From NCBI GenBank assembly GCA_002390705.1, contig DGQA01000002.1:50845-114844 (forward strand): 64,000 nucleotides of DNA, written 5' to 3'. Under the pieces are notes generated by a model. That model was not told where the DNA came from. It saw nothing but the letters and a program-made list of their open reading frames with translations, and did not search any database. Shown here one piece after another: positions 9,809 through 18,687 of the stretch. The position numbers were made by a program, and so were the translations under genes. The stretch comes from Actinobacteria bacterium UBA4426 (GTDB lineage: Bacteria > Actinomycetota > Actinomycetes > S36-B12). The stretch's first letter is position 1; every line of letters begins with the position of its first letter.

Positions 9809-10855
9809 TTAGATATTCGGGATAACTTCGGTCGCGAGCAATTCAAGTGAGCGCAAGTACTTCTGGCGTGGAAGCGAGTCAAATCGGGTACCAAAAATAA
9901 TGTGATCGCAACCTGTTGCGGCGATTTCCCTCAAACCCCGTGTGACTTTTTCGGGCCGGCCAATAGTGCGCTCGTGTACGGTCACGAGCTTCGCCGCCGC
10001 TGCGTCCAGTTTGTCAGGCGTATCAAAACCGACAGACGCACCATTTTCGTCTTTGAGATACCGCCAGCCGCCAAGTTGATCGCGCAACAAGAACCGTAGG
10101 GACTTCAGCGCATTTTGGTAAGCATCATCATCTGTTTCAGCAACCCATCCTCGGCGCAGCACTCCCATCTTTGCTTTGGAGACGTCTACGTCATATTCCT
10201 GTGCAGTTTTGTGATAAAGCTCGATGTGTTCACTCAACTGGTCAAGGGTTAGCGCGTCGGAGAGAATAATGGATACTCCCAATTTCGCCGCACGCTTGAT
10301 GGGTTCCGGTCCCACTGCTGCCACCCAGATCGGCACCTCTGATTGGAATGGTTTGGGGCTCACTGAGATGTCAGGCACGTCAAATTGCTTGCCGTGAAAA
10401 TTCACTGGATCGCTACTCCAGGAACGCCGCAAAACCTCGATGCCTTCTTCAAAACGAATCCTGCGATTGCGCCTATCGATGTTGAATCCGTCGAATTCGT
10501 TATCTCGATAGCCCAAACCTAAACCAAGTTCAAGTCTGCCGCCCGAGAGTTGGTCAACGACCGCTGCTTGCGTCGCAACGCGAAGCGCCTCATGCTGGCT
10601 GAACAGCATGGTGGATTGCCCAATTTTGATGTGCCTAGTTGCCGCGGCAATGCCGCCAGCCACCGTAAGTAGGGCTGGTGAGTAACCGTCGTACCAGAAG
10701 TGATGCTCCGTTTGCCAGATCGTCTTAATTGTTTGCAATTCATCGCAGAACTGGGCATCCTCCATCAGCTCTTTGTAAAGATACGAAAAGTGTCGCGGAC
10801 CCTGCTTTGTGGACTGCATACTCCAAATACCGACGCCGACTTCAACTTTACCCAT
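9809..10855 (-). CDS. LLM-class flavin-dependent oxidoreductase, A-type member of pair 1
   Basis: WQTEHHF, IAAATRHIKIG, VDQLSGGRLELGLGLGYR, PKPFQ, AAKLG motifs. Confidence 0.92.
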   Translation of the reverse strand: MGKVEVGVGIWSMQSTKQGPRHFSYLYKELMEDAQFCDELQTIKTIWQTEHHFWYDGYSPALLTVAGGIAAATRHIKIGQSTMLFSQHEALRVATQAAVVDQLSGGRLELGLGLGYRDNEFDGFNIDRRNRRIRFEEGIEVLRRSWSSDPVNFHGKQFDVPDISVSPKPFQSEVPIWVAAVGPEPIKRAAKLGVSIILSDALTLDQLSEHIELYHKTAQEYDVDVSKAKMGVLRRGWVAETDDDAYQNALKSLRFLLRDQLGGWRYLKDENGASVGFDTPDKLDAAAAKLVTVHERTIGRPEKVTRGLREIAATGCDHIIFGTRFDSLPRQKYLRSLELLATEVIPNI

Positions 10856-10867
10856 GACCACGCTCCC

Positions 10868-10892
10868 TAGTACTAACTCCGGTAGGTACTAA
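10868..10892. promoter_or_regulatory. Candidate operator upstream of LLM pair 1
   Basis: TAGTACTAACTCCGGTAGGTACTAA; imperfect inverted repeat, 17/25 identical to the site at 17307. Confidence 0.5.
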
Positions 10893-10931
10893 GCAAACTC
10901 TAGGGTCAAATCACCCCTTCAGCAAGCACTT

Positions 10932-11771
10932 TCACCAATCAAAAAATCCTTTACCCGATTTTTTTCCAAGATCCCCGTTCGCAACCATGTCGATCAGAAG
11001 CTGAGGTGGCTCAAAACGAGACCCCAATGCTTGGGCCAGATTACGAGCAATGCCTAATCGAACATCTAGGCCGACTAAGTCCGTCAAGCGCAACGGTCCC
11101 ATTGGGTGCCGATAACCCAATTCCATTGCCCGGTCAATATCGGCCACCGAAGCAACACCATCACTCACCATGCGAATCGCCTCGAGGCCAAGTGCGATTC
11201 CGAGTCGACTCGTTGCAAATCCGGGGCTATCTTCCACTGTAATGGCGTCCTTGCCAATAATGTTAACTAATTGCTGGGCCGATGCAGCAGTCTGAGTCGA
11301 AGTTTTTTCTCCGACCACGATTTCAACCAAAGGATTCGACCATGCGGGGTTGAAAAAATGCATCCCGATAAATGACTCAGGGCGGGTAAGTTTTGCCGCA
11401 AGTGAACTGATTGAAATGCTACTCGTGTTGGAAGCCAGCATGGTGGGATGCAAAGTTTCCGCACCCAACAATGCGACAGTCTTCAGATCAAAGTCTTCTG
11501 GCACCGCTTCAACGAGAAGTAGCGGCTTTGGTGAAATTGCTCCTAGTGAAGAGTGTGTGGAAACCCGTTGCGTGAGTAAATTACTGTCAGCGCTCCCCAA
11601 CACTCCACGTTTTACCGCACGGTCAGCAACATGCTGCACGAGTCGAAGACATGATTCTCGGGTTGCTTCTGCCGGGTCAACTACATCAACTTCAAACTTC
11701 GCTAAGCCAAAAACATACGCGATACCTGCTCCCATCGTCCCTCCGCCAAGAACAACGATACGTTGGCTCAA
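10932..11771 (-). CDS. 3-hydroxyacyl-CoA dehydrogenase family protein
   Basis: GGGTMGAGIA, EAVPEDFDLK, ASNTSSISI, GMHFFNP, HPMGPLRLTDLVGLD, GKKSGKGFF. Confidence 0.93.
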   Translation of the reverse strand: MSQRIVVLGGGTMGAGIAYVFGLAKFEVDVVDPAEATRESCLRLVQHVADRAVKRGVLGSADSNLLTQRVSTHSSLGAISPKPLLLVEAVPEDFDLKTVALLGAETLHPTMLASNTSSISISSLAAKLTRPESFIGMHFFNPAWSNPLVEIVVGEKTSTQTAASAQQLVNIIGKDAITVEDSPGFATSRLGIALGLEAIRMVSDGVASVADIDRAMELGYRHPMGPLRLTDLVGLDVRLGIARNLAQALGSRFEPPQLLIDMVANGDLGKKSGKGFFDW

Positions 11772-12559
11772 CGGTAGCCCTCGAAGTTCGGAGAACGTTT
11801 CTCTACAAATGCGTCTACTCCTTCTTTCGATTCAGGAGTCCCCGTGAAAACACCCAGGGCATCAAAGGCCATCGTGGAAATCCCCGCAATTGACTCACTG
11901 TCCGCATTGAACGAATGCTTCACAATGCGTAGCGCGGTTGGACTCAACGCCAACATTTCATCAGCCCACGCTCGTACTTCCTCATGTAACCGCTCGAACG
12001 GCACAACTACGTTAACCAGCCCCCAGTCCATCATCTGTTGCGCTGAATAGCGGCGGCACAAAAACCAAATTTCACGTGCTCGGCGTGCTCCAACAATTCG
12101 GGCGAGGTAGGCGGTTCCAAATCCTGCATCAAAGGAACCGACTCTGGGGCCGGCTTGACCGAATTCGGCATGCTCTGCAGCAATCGATAGGTCACAGACA
12201 ACATGCAAAACTTGCCCTCCGCCTATTGCGTAACCATTGATCGCCGCAATGACAGGTTTAGGAATGTCCCGGATTACCCGCTGTAGGTATTCGTCCTGGA
12301 ACACGCCGTACTCACTTGGTCCGTAATCACCGGTTTGTTGGCGCTGCTTCTGATCTCCACCCACGCAAAAAGCCTTATCGCCAGCACCGGTAAGCGCTAC
12401 TACCCCAACTGTCGAGTCTCCCCAAGCGACCTTGAAGGCATGGATCAATTCGTCAATGGTGTTGGCTGAGAATGCATTGAGCCGTTCAGGTCGGTTGATA
12501 GTGATCCATGCCAACCCCCGGTCCACGACATAGGTGACATCTTTCAGTTCCCTTTGCAT
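11768..12559 (-). CDS. BadI/MenB-type crotonase (2-ketocyclohexanecarboxyl-CoA hydrolase-like)
   Basis: AWITINRPE, AFCVGGDQ, IRDIPKPVIA, GYAIGGG, GPRVGSFDAGFGTAYLARIVG, SPTALRIVKHSFN; catabolic context. Confidence 0.82.
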   Translation of the reverse strand: MQRELKDVTYVVDRGLAWITINRPERLNAFSANTIDELIHAFKVAWGDSTVGVVALTGAGDKAFCVGGDQKQRQQTGDYGPSEYGVFQDEYLQRVIRDIPKPVIAAINGYAIGGGQVLHVVCDLSIAAEHAEFGQAGPRVGSFDAGFGTAYLARIVGARRAREIWFLCRRYSAQQMMDWGLVNVVVPFERLHEEVRAWADEMLALSPTALRIVKHSFNADSESIAGISTMAFDALGVFTGTPESKEGVDAFVEKRSPNFEGYR

Positions 12560-12667
12560 GATTCATTCCTCCTTGTTTCGCCAGACCCAGGTTTTAAACC
12601 CTGAGGTGGCTTTGGTAACTTTGGGTGGATAAGGTGTGGCATACGCACGCGGAAAGAAGGCTTGGCA

Positions 12668-13588
12668 ATGTCGCATCAAACGCAGTTGATTGATGCGCTG
12701 TGTGCGCTTGGCTTCACGACCTACGAAGCGAGAACGTACACAGGTCTCCTGGAAAATTACAGTCAAACCGCGTATGGACTCTCCAAAGTCACCGGAGTCC
12801 CGCAGCCGAAAGTTTATGAAGTTCTGAGAAAATTGGAAGCACGAGGTGCGGCAGTTCTTGTCTCTACCGACCCCCAGAAGTTCGCGGCCACTCCTCCGCA
12901 AGAAATCCTCACGAGTTTGCGGGTTGAATTTGAATCCCGCATGAATAGCGCGGACCATGCAGTTACCGTCGCTGTTTCGGAAAACAAGCCACTCACCCAA
13001 GCGCCTAAAGTGATGACCGAGCTTTCTGGAAAAGCCACGATCATGGCCGCGGCAAGTCAGCTCTTGGCTGAGGCAACCGATAAGGTCTACCTGTCGGCCT
13101 GGGTCCCCGAGCTTTCCGAACTCGAACCCCAAATCAACCGAGCATCTAATAATGGAGTTTTCTTCGTCACATTGGGATTTGGCCAGGGCCAAGTGCACGA
13201 GCCGAACGGGCATTTTTACCGCCATGGGTCTACCTTGAAAACCCTCTACCATCATCATCAAAACCGACATTTCGCTCTTGTCGCGGACGGCAACACCGTT
13301 CTTTGGGCGACTTATGTTGATGATGTTGGTTGGACAGGTTTGCTGGCACGGGACCGCAGAGTCGTGGGCTTGGTGCGCACCTACATTCGGCACGACATTT
13401 ACGTCCAGAAAATTTACGCACGATTCGGTCCTGAGCTGATGGAAACCTTTGGTGCCGGACTTGAATTGCTCACCAACGTCAACCAAGACTTGGTCATGAC
13501 TGACGCTTCTATCGACTCGGTGGCAATTGATGCGGCCGTAAGCCATTCGTTGGCTGCGAAAATTTTGCGAAACGAAGACGCCAGCTAG
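12668..13588 (+). CDS. TrmB family transcriptional regulator
   Basis: LGFTTYEARTYTGLL...TAYGLSKVTGVPQPKVYEVLRKLEARG winged helix plus C-terminal effector domain; divergent from the BadI-like operon. Confidence 0.9.
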   Translation: MSHQTQLIDALCALGFTTYEARTYTGLLENYSQTAYGLSKVTGVPQPKVYEVLRKLEARGAAVLVSTDPQKFAATPPQEILTSLRVEFESRMNSADHAVTVAVSENKPLTQAPKVMTELSGKATIMAAASQLLAEATDKVYLSAWVPELSELEPQINRASNNGVFFVTLGFGQGQVHEPNGHFYRHGSTLKTLYHHHQNRHFALVADGNTVLWATYVDDVGWTGLLARDRRVVGLVRTYIRHDIYVQKIYARFGPELMETFGAGLELLTNVNQDLVMTDASIDSVAIDAAVSHSLAAKILRNEDAS

Positions 13589-13607
13589 CACATCTCCTGC
13601 CCCACGA

Positions 13608-14798
13608 TTACAGGTGTCCATGTGGGTCACTTATCTGTTCCGCTCCCATAATGCAGCCATACTCGTGAAGAATTTCTTGGGAGTGCTCACCTAGAGCAGG
13701 TGGTGGAAACTTCGTCACGCATTTTTCGCTATCCATCCAAATCGGAGATCCTTGCACCTTAATCGTTCCGGCAAGACTGTGATTGAGTTCGAGAACCATT
13801 TCGTTGTGCTGAATTTGTGGATCGTCGCACACCATCCCATAATCCAATACTCGACCCACTGGAACTCCTGCAACGTCAAGAAGGTTGATCCATTCTTGAA
13901 CATTACGGTGAGCCAAAGCCTCATTTACTCGGGTTCTTAAATACTCGGCATGCTGCACGCGTGAATCGTTGGTTGCTAGCCGAGGATCGGAAATTAAATC
14001 TGCAAGCCCGAGAGCCTTACACAGTATTTGCCAGTGCATGTCGTTGACAACCGCAAGTACAAGGTCTCCATCTTGAGCTCTATATATATCTGTGGGAGCA
14101 GTGAATGGTGACCCTGATCCGAGTCGCTGAGGCTGTTCCCCTGTTGCCAGATACGAACTCACCCAACACGCTTGCAACGCTACAAATGCATCACGCAACG
14201 CGACGTGCACCTCTGAACCTTTTCCTGTCCGCTCGCGCTGCAACAAAGCGGCAGTTATCGCGAATGCGGCGGTAGTTGCAGCGTAAACATCCGCGGCGTT
14301 TGTGCCCACCTTGACCGGAAGACCATTAGGGCTTCCAGTTACTGCAAGCATTCCAGATTCTGCTTGAAATAGGAGATCGACCCCCGGTCTACTCGCCATC
14401 GGACCGGAAGGTCCGTAACCTGAAACAGCGCAGTAAACAAGCCCCGGATGAAGAGCGTGAAGATCCGGATAAGCAAGCCCGAGACGATCGGCAACCCCTG
14501 TTCGATAGTTGTGAATCACAACATCGACGTGCGAAGCGATCTCCCGAGCGCTGGCGAGGTCCTGTGGATCTTTCAAGTTGAGAATCAATCCTCGCTTGCC
14601 ACGATTAACCGCCATGAAGAACGCGCTTTCCCCGGACACAAAGGGGGCAAATTGTCTGGCCATATCTCCTTCTGGCGGTTCAAGTTTAATAACTTCGGCA
14701 CCCATGTCCGCGAGTAGCATTCCGCAAAAAGGCGCCGCCACGAGTGCGCCCATTTCTAGGACCTTTATACCTGCAAGTGGACTCGCGTGATTCGTCAT
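13608..14798 (-). CDS. CaiB/BaiF family III CoA-transferase
   Basis: PLAGIKVLE, LADMGAEVIKLEPPEGD, NRGKR, YCAVSGYG, PPALGEHS. Confidence 0.93.
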   Translation of the reverse strand: MTNHASPLAGIKVLEMGALVAAPFCGMLLADMGAEVIKLEPPEGDMARQFAPFVSGESAFFMAVNRGKRGLILNLKDPQDLASAREIASHVDVVIHNYRTGVADRLGLAYPDLHALHPGLVYCAVSGYGPSGPMASRPGVDLLFQAESGMLAVTGSPNGLPVKVGTNAADVYAATTAAFAITAALLQRERTGKGSEVHVALRDAFVALQACWVSSYLATGEQPQRLGSGSPFTAPTDIYRAQDGDLVLAVVNDMHWQILCKALGLADLISDPRLATNDSRVQHAEYLRTRVNEALAHRNVQEWINLLDVAGVPVGRVLDYGMVCDDPQIQHNEMVLELNHSLAGTIKVQGSPIWMDSEKCVTKFPPPALGEHSQEILHEYGCIMGAEQISDPHGHL

Positions 14799-15118
14799 TA
14801 CCGCTCCAGCAAGCAATATGTACTTTGGTCTCCACCAAAGCGCCTCGTGATCCGTGAATTCTTACCATTATTTTCACATAATCCTCGTGCCAGGGTGGAA
14901 ACCAACCGAGTACCGGATGCCCCGAAGAGATTCCCGGTTGCAGTGGGGCCGACCCGATAACTATGACCGATAAAAATTTCACCTGTCGCCCCGCCCACCA
15001 CGATTATTCTCTCTATATTCGGGGCCGCGGCGTCATCGCGCCGCATCCCGGAGAAGCCAGCGCGATGCTCGCACAAAGGAGTACGAAAACCACCGATAGA
15101 ATAAATACCACTTTGCAC
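14798..15118 (-). pseudogene. Internally deleted, decayed thiolase (acetyl-CoA C-acyltransferase) remnant
   Basis: N-part IYSIGGFRTPL...RRDDAAA resembles a thiolase N-terminus; C-part GNLFGASGTRLVSTLA...GGDQSTYCLLER resembles GHPLGASGARL...CIGGGQG...LER; only 106 aa, catalytic His and Cys lost. Confidence 0.72.
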
Positions 15119-15161
15119 GAGAATTCCTGAGACTCAAAAGTGATGCAAAATTGGAAGCAAT

Positions 15162-16202
15162 TTAGATACCTCTGCGAATCTGCTTTGGTAAATCTGGCAT
15201 ACGGAACTCAGGAATAACCTCTCGACTGAACAGGGACATCGAAGCCAACAACTGATGAAGCGGCATGCCAGGAAAATGCATGCGGCAGATGAGGTGGTCT
15301 AGGCCGTTCACTGAATCTAGTGCGGCGATCTGTTCAATTACTTGTTCTGGATTGCCAACAATCAATGAGGACTTGCTCAATCCCGTAACATCGGCTGGAT
15401 CACCCTGCCACATTCCCCACTCCGAATACCGCTTAAATTGGTAAGAAGCCATGTCAGCGACTTCAGACAGGGGATCGTCATTTGCTGATACGTACACGTC
15501 GCGAATTAGCATCTTCGGGCGACGCGCAGCCGCGGGCGCCACTGCATCGTAATCAGACCACAAAGAATTCAACGCATCATTATCTGAAATAGCACCAAGA
15601 ACCATAGGTAATCCCATTTCTGCTGCCAGAGATCTTCCATAAGCCCAAAAACCACCGATCAAGAGGGGGAGTTCGAACTGGGCCGGTTGCGGCTGCACCA
15701 AAACAGTGCCCGATGGAATCGGTGTATGTTCAGGTAGACCAGCAGGGATTGTCCAATGTTTGCCTTCATGCCGAAATGCTTTTGGAGCCCAGGCCTTTAG
15801 GAGCACTTCAATAGTCTCTCGGTATCGCTCCTGATAATCGTCTTCGGTAATTCCGTAGGCCAACCTCTCGTGCGAGGCGGCGTTGATGGGCACCACGATT
15901 GCCCGCCCCCCTGAGAGATTGTCAAGGACGACAGCATCTTCGGCGAGATACAGGGGGTGCGTTAGCCCAGCAATAGGAAGTACACCGATCTTGACAGACT
16001 CAGTTTTGGCCGCAATATTCGCAGCTGCAATAAAAGGCTGTGGGCAGTACCCATCGGCTGAAAATTGTCGCTCCGCAACCCACACGGAATCAAATCCCGT
16101 GGAATCAGCCTGGCGTGCAGCTTCACCGACAATTTCGTACGCTTCCATCCATGAGATGTTGCCTGCTTGCTCGGCGGCAAAAGGCCCTAATCCAAAACGC
16201 AT
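15162..16202 (-). CDS. LLM-class flavin-dependent oxidoreductase, B-type member of pair 2
   Basis: GFDSVWVAERQF, HPLYLAEDAVVLDNLSGGR, IVGNPEQVIEQI; clear paralog of 8701-9780. Confidence 0.9.
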   Translation of the reverse strand: MRFGLGPFAAEQAGNISWMEAYEIVGEAARQADSTGFDSVWVAERQFSADGYCPQPFIAAANIAAKTESVKIGVLPIAGLTHPLYLAEDAVVLDNLSGGRAIVVPINAASHERLAYGITEDDYQERYRETIEVLLKAWAPKAFRHEGKHWTIPAGLPEHTPIPSGTVLVQPQPAQFELPLLIGGFWAYGRSLAAEMGLPMVLGAISDNDALNSLWSDYDAVAPAAARRPKMLIRDVYVSANDDPLSEVADMASYQFKRYSEWGMWQGDPADVTGLSKSSLIVGNPEQVIEQIAALDSVNGLDHLICRMHFPGMPLHQLLASMSLFSREVIPEFRMPDLPKQIRRGI

Positions 16203-16203
16203 G

Positions 16204-17262
16204 TCATGCCCTCCCTACTGTGCTTAACGCTGGCGCAACTTCGCCCGCCAACAACTCCATGGCGCGATGCCTGTCCTCAGGTGACTCCGAAACCATGTGT
16301 GTCCGCGCCACAATAAAGTTAACTCCAACAGATTCAAGGTTCTTAAGCCGTCTAATCACGGTGTCGGGGGTACCGATCGCCGCATTATTACGGATCACTC
16401 CTTCTGCAGCTTTACGCAATGCCACCGGTTGATCAAAGCCCAGTGAGTTTCCGTTTTCGTCAGACAGATATCGCCAACCACCAAGTTGCTCCAATAGGAA
16501 CGCGCGGAGCCTCGGGATGGTAACGGCTTCTGCTCGAGCAGCCGACTCGTCAACCCAGACGTACCTCAAAATGCCGAATTTAATATTACTGCTATCGACT
16601 CCGGCGGATTGAGCTGTCCGGTGATACAACTCGATGAGTTCACCCGCCCGCCGATCATCATGTGCGTCTGAAAGAAGGAGGTTCAGACCTCGGCGTGCGG
16701 CTCTTTCGACAGCTTTCTCCCCAACTGCTGCGACCCATATTGGCACAGGTTGCTGAACGGGCGAAGGAGTAATGACTTGTGCTGCTTCCCCCCTTTCGGG
16801 TGAATACGCTTTGCATTCACCAAAAGAGGCTCCACGGGAGGCTGCGGACAAGATGTCGAGCGCATTTTCCATGCGACTTGCGCGTTTTTTCCGTGAAATA
16901 CCGAGGGCATCGTACTCAATATCACGGTATCCAAGGGCCACGCCGAAATCCAGTCGGCCATGGGATATCTGGTCAAGTGTGTTTACGCCCTGAGCGACAC
17001 GGATCGGGTCATGCTGAGGCAGCAGTAAGCAACCGGTGCCGATTCGTAGGCGAGTGGTCGCCCCGGCAATGTAGCCCCCAGCTGTGAGAAGAGATGGCAG
17101 GTAACCGTCGTACCAAAAACGGTGCTCAGTAAGCCATAAGGATTCAAAACCTACGTGCTCGGCGAATTGTGCATCTTCGGCCAGTCTCCGATACAACGTG
17201 GGATGCGACAGGGGCGCGTTCCGCGTGCTCTGCATGCCCCACAATCCAATTCCGAATTCCAT
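16204..17262 (-). CDS. LLM-class flavin-dependent oxidoreductase, A-type member of pair 2
   Basis: WLTEHRFWYDGY, DPIRVA, LDQISHGRLDFGVALGYR; paralog of 9809-10855; AAGGAG RBS before ATG 17262. Confidence 0.92.
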   Translation of the reverse strand: MEFGIGLWGMQSTRNAPLSHPTLYRRLAEDAQFAEHVGFESLWLTEHRFWYDGYLPSLLTAGGYIAGATTRLRIGTGCLLLPQHDPIRVAQGVNTLDQISHGRLDFGVALGYRDIEYDALGISRKKRASRMENALDILSAASRGASFGECKAYSPERGEAAQVITPSPVQQPVPIWVAAVGEKAVERAARRGLNLLLSDAHDDRRAGELIELYHRTAQSAGVDSSNIKFGILRYVWVDESAARAEAVTIPRLRAFLLEQLGGWRYLSDENGNSLGFDQPVALRKAAEGVIRNNAAIGTPDTVIRRLKNLESVGVNFIVARTHMVSESPEDRHRAMELLAGEVAPALSTVGRA

Positions 17263-17306
17263 TGGTAACTCCTTAAAAAATGCCGTCATTAATTTTTCTC
17301 AGATAG

Positions 17307-17331
17307 TAGTACCGACCCTTGTAGTTATCAA
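17307..17331. promoter_or_regulatory. Candidate operator in the divergent promoter between LLM pair 2 and the DhpH-like operon
   Basis: TAGTACCGACCCTTGTAGTTATCAA, similar to the site at 10868. Confidence 0.5.
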
Positions 17332-17426
17332 CCGGTTTCGGTAGAATACGGCCATAAAATTAATCAATGCGTCTGACGATCTCGTCAACTTTTAAGGCTC
17401 GTGTCTAATTTTGAGGAGCGCTCACA

Positions 17427-18626
17427 GTGAAGAGGCAAGTATCTGCCGCGGTAGTTGGTGGTTCTATCGGAGGACTCACTACCGCGTTGCTACTGGATCA
17501 CGTCGGATTTGACGTCACAGTCTATGAACGAAGCTCCAGGGAATTAGACGGCAGAGGAGGCGGGATCGTCTTACAACCAGAGATGCTGCGATGGTTCAAA
17601 GAAATCAGCAAACAAAACCCCTCCAAACTATCCATTCGATCGAGTGCGCTTCGTTATTTAGGTCCCGAAAACTCCGTCACCTACGAAGAGCCAGTTCAAT
17701 GGCGGTTTAGTTCGTGGAGCACGCTGTATCGTGCACTGCTCGCCGACTTTAGACCGGATCGTTACTTTCTCGACCATAGCGTTGCAAATGTTCAACAAGA
17801 CCTCGATTGTGCAACATTGTTTTTCGAAAATGGCGACTCGGCGGCATTCGACTTCGTGATCTTTGCTGACGGAATTACTTCAACGGGAAGACAACTCGTC
17901 TTCCCCGAGGCTGTGCCCGAGTACTCGGGCTACGTGGGGTGGCGAGGCACTGTTCCGGAGAATGAATTAAGCCCAGAGTCCATGAAACTCATGGGGGATG
18001 CCCTTGGCTACGCCTTCGTCGACGATGGCCACATTTGCATGTATCCCATCCCTGGTCCTAACGGGGAAATCACGGCTGGCTCGCGTCTTATGAATTACGT
18101 CTATTACCAAAACGTTGCTCACGGTGCCGAACTTGATGCCATGATGACAGATATTGACGGCATCAGAGGCATCGTTTCTGTGCCACCAGGTCGGGTGCAA
18201 GAAAAGTACATACGTGAGATGAAGAAACATGCGACAGAAACACTTCCTCCAGCGACAGCCGAATTAGTTACAAAGACTGCCCAGCCGTACATTCAAGTGA
18301 TCTTTGATGTCCGCGTGGCCCGCATGGTGACCGGTCGAATAGCCTTGTTAGGCGATGCAGCCTTTGTCGCTCGACCTCATGCGGCAGCAGGTAGCGCGAA
18401 GGCAGCAGACGATGCTTGGGCCCTGTTCGACGAATTCAACGAATCTGATGCAGATATTGCGACGATACTGTCACAGTGGGAAACACATCGTTTAGAAGTC
18501 GGCAATAAGCTCATCGATCGAGTAACACTCATGGGCAGGCGGGCACAATTCGAACACAATTGGGTTCCAGCCGACCAGGAGTTGCGCTTTGGGTTGAAAG
18601 GAGGCCTCCTTCAACCGCAGTATTAA
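17427..18626 (+). CDS. FAD-dependent monooxygenase, 2,6-dihydroxypyridine 3-hydroxylase (DhpH)-like
   Basis: VVGGSIGGLT, GIVLQPE, WRFSSW, YSGYVGWRG, DGHICMYPIPG, LGDAAFVARPHAAAGSAKAADDA follow the DhpH motif order as I recall it. Confidence 0.8.
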   Translation: MKRQVSAAVVGGSIGGLTTALLLDHVGFDVTVYERSSRELDGRGGGIVLQPEMLRWFKEISKQNPSKLSIRSSALRYLGPENSVTYEEPVQWRFSSWSTLYRALLADFRPDRYFLDHSVANVQQDLDCATLFFENGDSAAFDFVIFADGITSTGRQLVFPEAVPEYSGYVGWRGTVPENELSPESMKLMGDALGYAFVDDGHICMYPIPGPNGEITAGSRLMNYVYYQNVAHGAELDAMMTDIDGIRGIVSVPPGRVQEKYIREMKKHATETLPPATAELVTKTAQPYIQVIFDVRVARMVTGRIALLGDAAFVARPHAAAGSAKAADDAWALFDEFNESDADIATILSQWETHRLEVGNKLIDRVTLMGRRAQFEHNWVPADQELRFGLKGGLLQPQY

Positions 18627-18687
18627 TTTGGTGCACCAAACTCAGCAGAAATATTCCATACCAACAACAATTGCCATAGGAGGAACG

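Noticed and set aside
11768-12559. Calling the crotonase menB
   Set aside because: No other men genes are nearby, and it overlaps a 3-hydroxyacyl-CoA dehydrogenase, which fits BadI-type catabolism better
12563-13630. 355-aa minus-strand ORF
   Set aside because: Antisense shadow of trmB with no recognisable motifs
8701-17262. Bioluminescence (luxAB) interpretation of the LLM pairs
   Set aside because: No luxCDE or luxG, and the context is catabolic; only the heterodimer analogy is kept
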